A stretch of DNA of 63,905 bases, the filler included, from Collodictyon triciliatum (taxonomy: Eukaryota): NCBI GenBank assembly GCA_043381765.1. It is 4 parts of 4 records of this genome, joined end to end, with 100 filler letters (N's around TTAATTAATTAA, not from the genome) between each part and the next. Parts side by side here need not be neighbours in the genome. Positions count along the whole stretch, not along the records: positions 55,939 to 63,905 come from JBHJMP010001170.1; 3 more parts are not named here. One strand, 5' to 3'. A program made the translations under genes and the position numbers. Below, in pieces: positions 59,029 to 63,905 of this stretch. The notes beneath the pieces are model-generated. The model was not told the DNA's origin and made no database searches. It worked only from the letters and a program-made list of their open reading frames with translations. Each line of letters starts with the position of its first letter. The stretch's first letter is position 1.

Positions 59029-59724
59029 TAAAAATAATTTGCCTCTTGTTCTCGTATCAGACCTGTAGGAGTAGAATAATATCACAATATCAAAGAAAAA
59101 AGTAACTCGATATCTCTTCTGAGCAATATATGCGTTACTCCAGTATGTCTTTCGAGTTTTAATGCTCGTACGCCGGCTCTCTGAAGACATTGCCTGTCCG
59201 TCACAAACCCACTCACAAACCCTTCCCCTCACACCTTGAAATCCAAAAAGATAAAAAAACAGTTTTTTTTCGAAAGACATATCCACTTCTGGAAGAAATC
59301 TCCTTATTTGTAAATGTGGTTTTACTGATATCAGAACAGAATACAACAAACGAGCGGTTCTGCGCTCAGAATCTCCGTTTTTTTTTCCTTTGCGCTTTGT
59401 AACGAAGTCCTGCGGAAAGACACGCAAGTGCCCCATATTTGTCCGTTCATTGCGACGAGGCCTGGAGGGCGGCGCACTAAGTGTCAGGTTGTGGGACGAT
59501 GATTGCGTGCGGAGTAGACTTTTTCGAATGGCGCCCTCTCAAACACCCCATGCCGCCTTGACAACTTTTGCAAAATACAATTACAAGTCGGGTTCTGGGG
59601 ACAACACCATGATAGCTTTTATGCTCTCTTGACTTGACAACCGTCTGTAATCCTGCTCCTTGCTTCATTTTTCATGCTTTTCTATATTATGTGATGTTTT
59701 TTATACCTAGAAAAGAAGAAAGCC

Positions 59725-61150
59725 ATGGATGTTCCAGTCAAAGAGGCGGTTGTGTCCAAGTTTGACTTGGCGGGTGCATCTTGGGAAATGATAGTCACTA
59801 GCAACTTCCTCAAGACATACAACTTGGCCGTTGTTCGTACGGTCCTTGCTTTGTATTCATGGGTCATCATAATCGCTCAAGCATCGTACTATTTTATGGA
59901 CGGCTGGTTTTTCGCGCTCTTCACCCACTGGAGCTTTTTCATGCTCACAATTTATTTGACGGTAATGACTTTTCATCTCATTTTTCAACTATTCCCCCGC
60001 TTATGTTTCTTTTCGCCCTCTCATGACATTCAGAGGCCTCTACATTTTTTCTTAAATGTTCGCGTTTATGTTTTTTTATTGCATTTTTTTTACCATAATC
60101 TCCTATTTGGGTTGCTGCTATGGTCCTCGCTGTTTTCCTGGGCACCCTACCTTCAAGATGTTGTAAACACATAGCTGCGAATCCACGAATTCGTCTCACT
60201 TGCAATAATTACAAATAGATGGTGTCATACTTCACTTGGATGTATTACCACAAAGGAGATGCATTCGTAAATCAAAACCCTGTCCTGTGTAATATTCGGC
60301 ACTGTTTCAAGATTTGGATTTTCTTTGAGGTAAAAAATTCATCTATCAAATGAAAATATAGCTTGCTATCCAAAAGCACTCAGTCCATACATAGAAAACT
60401 CCCTTTTTACACCACAATCAACCCCCACATGTGCACATGCAGTTTTCCCCCTGCTCCGACCCATATGAACTGGGTTCATTTATAGTCTAATTGATAACCA
60501 GGTTCTGTCCGGGGCAGCATTTGGTCTAGACATCGTATATTGGACCGCCCTATACACTGGGAAAGAAAACAACTGGACCAATTTCCATGTGCATGGTAAG
60601 ACCTTGTTTATCGTACTGTTTTTGTTATGCCTTGATAATCCTGCCAATAGTATGATTTTTCATATGCACGCTTAAAACATAATCACGAATGCGCTTCCTA
60701 CATATCTATTATTTGAAGATTCGACATTTAATTTTAGCCCATATTAATTTCTTTTTTTTTTGTTCATCTACGTTGCATCTGCCTAGGAGTGAACTCCATT
60801 TTCATTATCATTGAAATATTCTACAACCGGCTCAAGTTCAACAAGTACCACTTTGTCTTTCTGTTGACGTACACAGTTTTTTACCTGGTTTTCATGTGGC
60901 TTTGCTACGCTGCGACTGGATTGTAAGCAAAATACACAAATGTTGTATATTGTCGGTAAGATAACATCGTACATCTATCTCACACTTCATTATATATAGC
61001 TGGATATATTTCGTGTTTGATTTCCACAAGGCCTCCTCAGCATTTTGGTACCTCGCGTCGTTGATTGTGTTTGCCCTGGCATTTTCATTGCTGGGATTAG
61101 TTGTACACTTAAGAAACAAAATGATTGTGAGAGTTGCATCCTATGCATGA
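59725..61150 (+). CDS. Rolling stone / FAR-17a-AIG1-like membrane protein, copy 3
   Basis: Five exons: FFALFTHWSF, LDIVYWTAL, NFHVHGVNS, YLVFMWLCY..WIYFVFDF. Same exon structure as copy 2. Confidence 0.85.
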
Positions 61151-61511
61151 GCCGTAAGGGGACAAAAAAAAACTCGTTGAAATTGGTTGTGTGATTTCTC
61201 CTCCATCATATTCGTCACCTTGCACTTTCTCACACTCTAGTAATCACTCTTGTGGTCTTTGAAGCCCACAAACCCCCATCTTCCTCTCCTCCTTTGTTCC
61301 AATTTTATACTCATCACTCTTATCTGAATTAATAAATATAATGAAAGTAATCTTGATATCTAATATTCGAACTTACATACAAAAGCCCTTATCTCTATCA
61401 ACAGACCACTTTTTGGGACATGCAGAAACGTGATGTGGCTGGTTCTGTATTACTAGGGAGATTGGAAAAGTTATACACTTTTTTTTATTTCGTCATTTTA
61501 TTTTTTTCGCA

Positions 61512-61796
61512 TCATTTTGATTTTCCCTTCATTCTGTTCTTGAGTATCCAATCCGCGGAAACCTAAATTGTTGAGAAACCAAAGAAAATCAAATCGGTCA
61601 GCTCGAGATACGCGCGAGTGCCCGTTAATCAGATCTCATTACTCTTTTTTTTTTTTATGACTTTATCAGAAAAGGATGAAAAAAGATACGGTTGCAAAAC
61701 GGGGGTTAGAGCAGGGTGAGTATGTGCAGAATGAGACAAAACCCAGGTAAGTGCGGTTGTATTGGGTACGGATAGCACAACGTGGAGGGGTCTTTT

Positions 61797-61830
<34 letters not shown>

Positions 61831-62143
61831 AATTCGCTTGGGATTTGGCTACATACCCAACCGTGGTCGATGAGGTGGCGGATTCTCTGAGGATCTTTTT
61901 CGTCCAGGTGAGCGACAAATTGCTATGCCAGATATTTTTAGTAGTCTGGTTATCTGATGATGTTAACACTCGAGAAAGTGGGCGCCAAGAAGGGAAGAGG
62001 AGGGGAAAAACACAAGAAAAAAAAGAGAGATGGCTCACTGTTCTTGCATAGTTTCTGTAGTAAAGTCGGGTTTCCTTTGGTAGCTGGTCGGTGAGACGAA
62101 GAAACTTTTTGTACAGACCAAGCATTTTGGCACGGTTGGACAT
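61512..62143 (-). CDS. Mitochondrial LYR-motif protein (LYRM9-like)
   Basis: Three exons give MSNRAKMLGLYKKFLRLTDQLPKETRLYYRNYARTQFVAHLDEKDPQRIRHLIDHGWVSADWILKNRMKGKSK*: LYK motif, downstream F, and an ADWI tail as in LYRM9. Confidence 0.85.
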
Positions 62144-62706
62144 TATGAAAGTTGTTTGGCTCGCTTCCTTGTTGTGGGGGGAAAATGGGTTGAGAGTCAT
62201 AGCTCTGGAGGACAACTGTGCTGGAAAGCTATCGAGGTTGTCCCTGCACGATCGTTTGGGGTTTTTTTTCTTCTTAAGCTTTATTTTCCTTTCTTTTCCT
62301 CTGTTTTCCCTGACAGTGTTTCATTCTTGACCGATCATATACCCGCCGCTCGCTGGCCAATCGAAGGGCCTTGGAAGCATTCTTAGGGCGGGCGATTTCT
62401 GGGCATTTCTTGGGACAGAATCAAGTTATTGCCGAGGTGGCATTGGAAGAGTGGCTTTCTTGTTTTGTAATTGTTGAGTTTGTATATACAGAGAAAGGGT
62501 TGGGCTTGATAATCATCCGCTCAAGCATGACAAAGCACCAGAGCGAAGGAAGAGGGCGTTTGACTGGCAGAATTCTCTGCATAGGTGGCGAAGCAGTTGC
62601 GAGGATTGACTAAATAGATTTCGATAAAGGGATGAAAGTGGGGCTGGGAGATTGCCTGGCGATTGGAAGTGAGGTTGATGTGAGGATAGAAAAGGGAAGA
62701 AGGAGT

Positions 62707-63719
62707 TCAATGATTTCCGTCTGCAATCGTCGGCTCGTTTGAATCACCAGAGTCAAGACTCAAATTGGGATTTGGCTCGGGGATGGACCCTGTTGCATGC
62801 GTGATTGGAAAGGATGCTGAGGCTGGAAATAAGTGCAGGGGTTGTGGAGGTGGGAGAACAAGAGAGCGAAAGGGTGAGTCTGGAAGGAGGCGGGGAAGAA
62901 AGGCAGGGAGGATGTTATCGTCATCACGCACCCAGGCGCTGTGTCCGTGATTGTGACTGTGTCCGTGATTGTGTCCGTGATTGTGATTGTGATTGTGATT
63001 GTGATTGTGATTGTGATTGTGATTGTGATTGTGATTGTGATTGCAAGGGGACAAAGGGCGTTGCAGCTGATGGAAGGGCTGCGACATCAAGGAAGAGAAG
63101 TGACACGGGCGCGCATCGTGCTTGGAGGCGGGTGGGACGTGTGCAGAGAAAATGGACGGGCCGCTGTGCAACTCATCCGTGGTATCCTGCGACACCCGCG
63201 ATGCCTGTGATGCCTGTGATGTAGGGACAGATGCGTCCTTCTTCGGCCTTCCGGGTCCGCGCTGGTGGCCGTCCTCTGGTGCGGGATGGGTGCTGACCTG
63301 GTCTGCCGCTTTGGCGAGCGCCTCGAGGGTGTGGTCGTCCAGCGTCTGGGTGAATTATATCATATTAGCATCACATCAGATTATCATCACATCACATCAC
63401 ATCACGTCATGTAACAGGAAGCGAGACTGACAACATCGTGGATGGAGCGCCTCCGCTTGTCAGACTGGGGCTGCGGCTGCGTGCGGGTGTCGTCTCTGCG
63501 CTTGTAGAACTTTTGCGCATGGCTGGCGACCTGGGACGGGGTGCGCGTGGGGACGAAGCGCCGGGCTATCAGGGTCCACTCCCCGCGCCCATGCGCCCCC
63601 AGCCCGGCCAGGAAGCCCCGCTGCTCCTCCTCCGTCCACGCCTGCCCTGCACTCGACTCGCCCGTGGGTGGTGCTCTACCTCTCCCTGCAACCATGCCTG
63701 CTTTGGTCGTGTCCTGCAT
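62707..63719 (-). CDS. Single-repeat MYB-related transcription factor, SHAQKY(F) class
   Basis: WTEEEQRGFLAGLGAHGRGEWTLIARRFVPTRTPSQVASHAQKFY..KRRRSIHDV. One GT-AG intron, then an exon with RGPGRPKK and (HN)n. Confidence 0.92.
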
Positions 63720-63744
63720 CAAAAGCAGCGGATGGGAACTCTAA

Positions 63745-63905
63745 TCTCTCCGATCTCTCTTCCCTCTTCTCTCTTCCCTCTTCTCTCTTCTCTCTTCCCT
63801 CTTCCCTCTTCTCTCTTCTCTCTTCTCTCTTCTCTCTTCTCTCTTCTCTCTTCTCTCTTCTCTCTTCTCTCTTCTCTCTTCTCTCTTCTCTCTTCTCTCT
63901 TCCCT
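63745..63905. repeat. Polypyrimidine microsatellite (CTCTT/CCCTCTT)n
   Basis: Directly visible up to the window end. Confidence 0.95.

Overview
Intron-rich eukaryotic (protist-like) nuclear DNA, standard genetic code. The window is four unrelated contigs joined by artificial 100-nt spacers (N44-TTAATTAATTAA-N44 at 10322, 33085, 55839), so gene order across these joins means nothing. Contig 1 (1-10321) is an accessory, duplication-rich region with two intronless paralogous helical proteins carrying a hydrophobic hairpin, plus a decayed direct-repeat-flanked element. Contig 2 holds a GATA factor, an FHA-parvulin (Pin1-like) isomerase, the PP4 catalytic subunit, an unusual cap methyltransferase (RS domain + active CMTR2-type domain + G-patch + dead CMTR1-like domain) and an LRR/Cys-rich multipass receptor with six 69-nt one-repeat exons. 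Contig 3 holds a C2-AGC (Ypk/SGK/Akt-like) kinase, acetyl-CoA carboxylase, a degenerate two-domain membrane nucleotidyl cyclase and an FBXO4-like protein. Contig 4 holds three tandem rolling-stone/AIG1-like membrane proteins, a LYRM9-like gene and a SHAQKY-class MYB. Gene models were spliced by hand and family calls come from recognised motifs, not database searches. The best novelty candidates are the cap-methyltransferase architecture, the LRR exon cassette, the putative pore-forming paralogue pair and the pseudo-cyclase.
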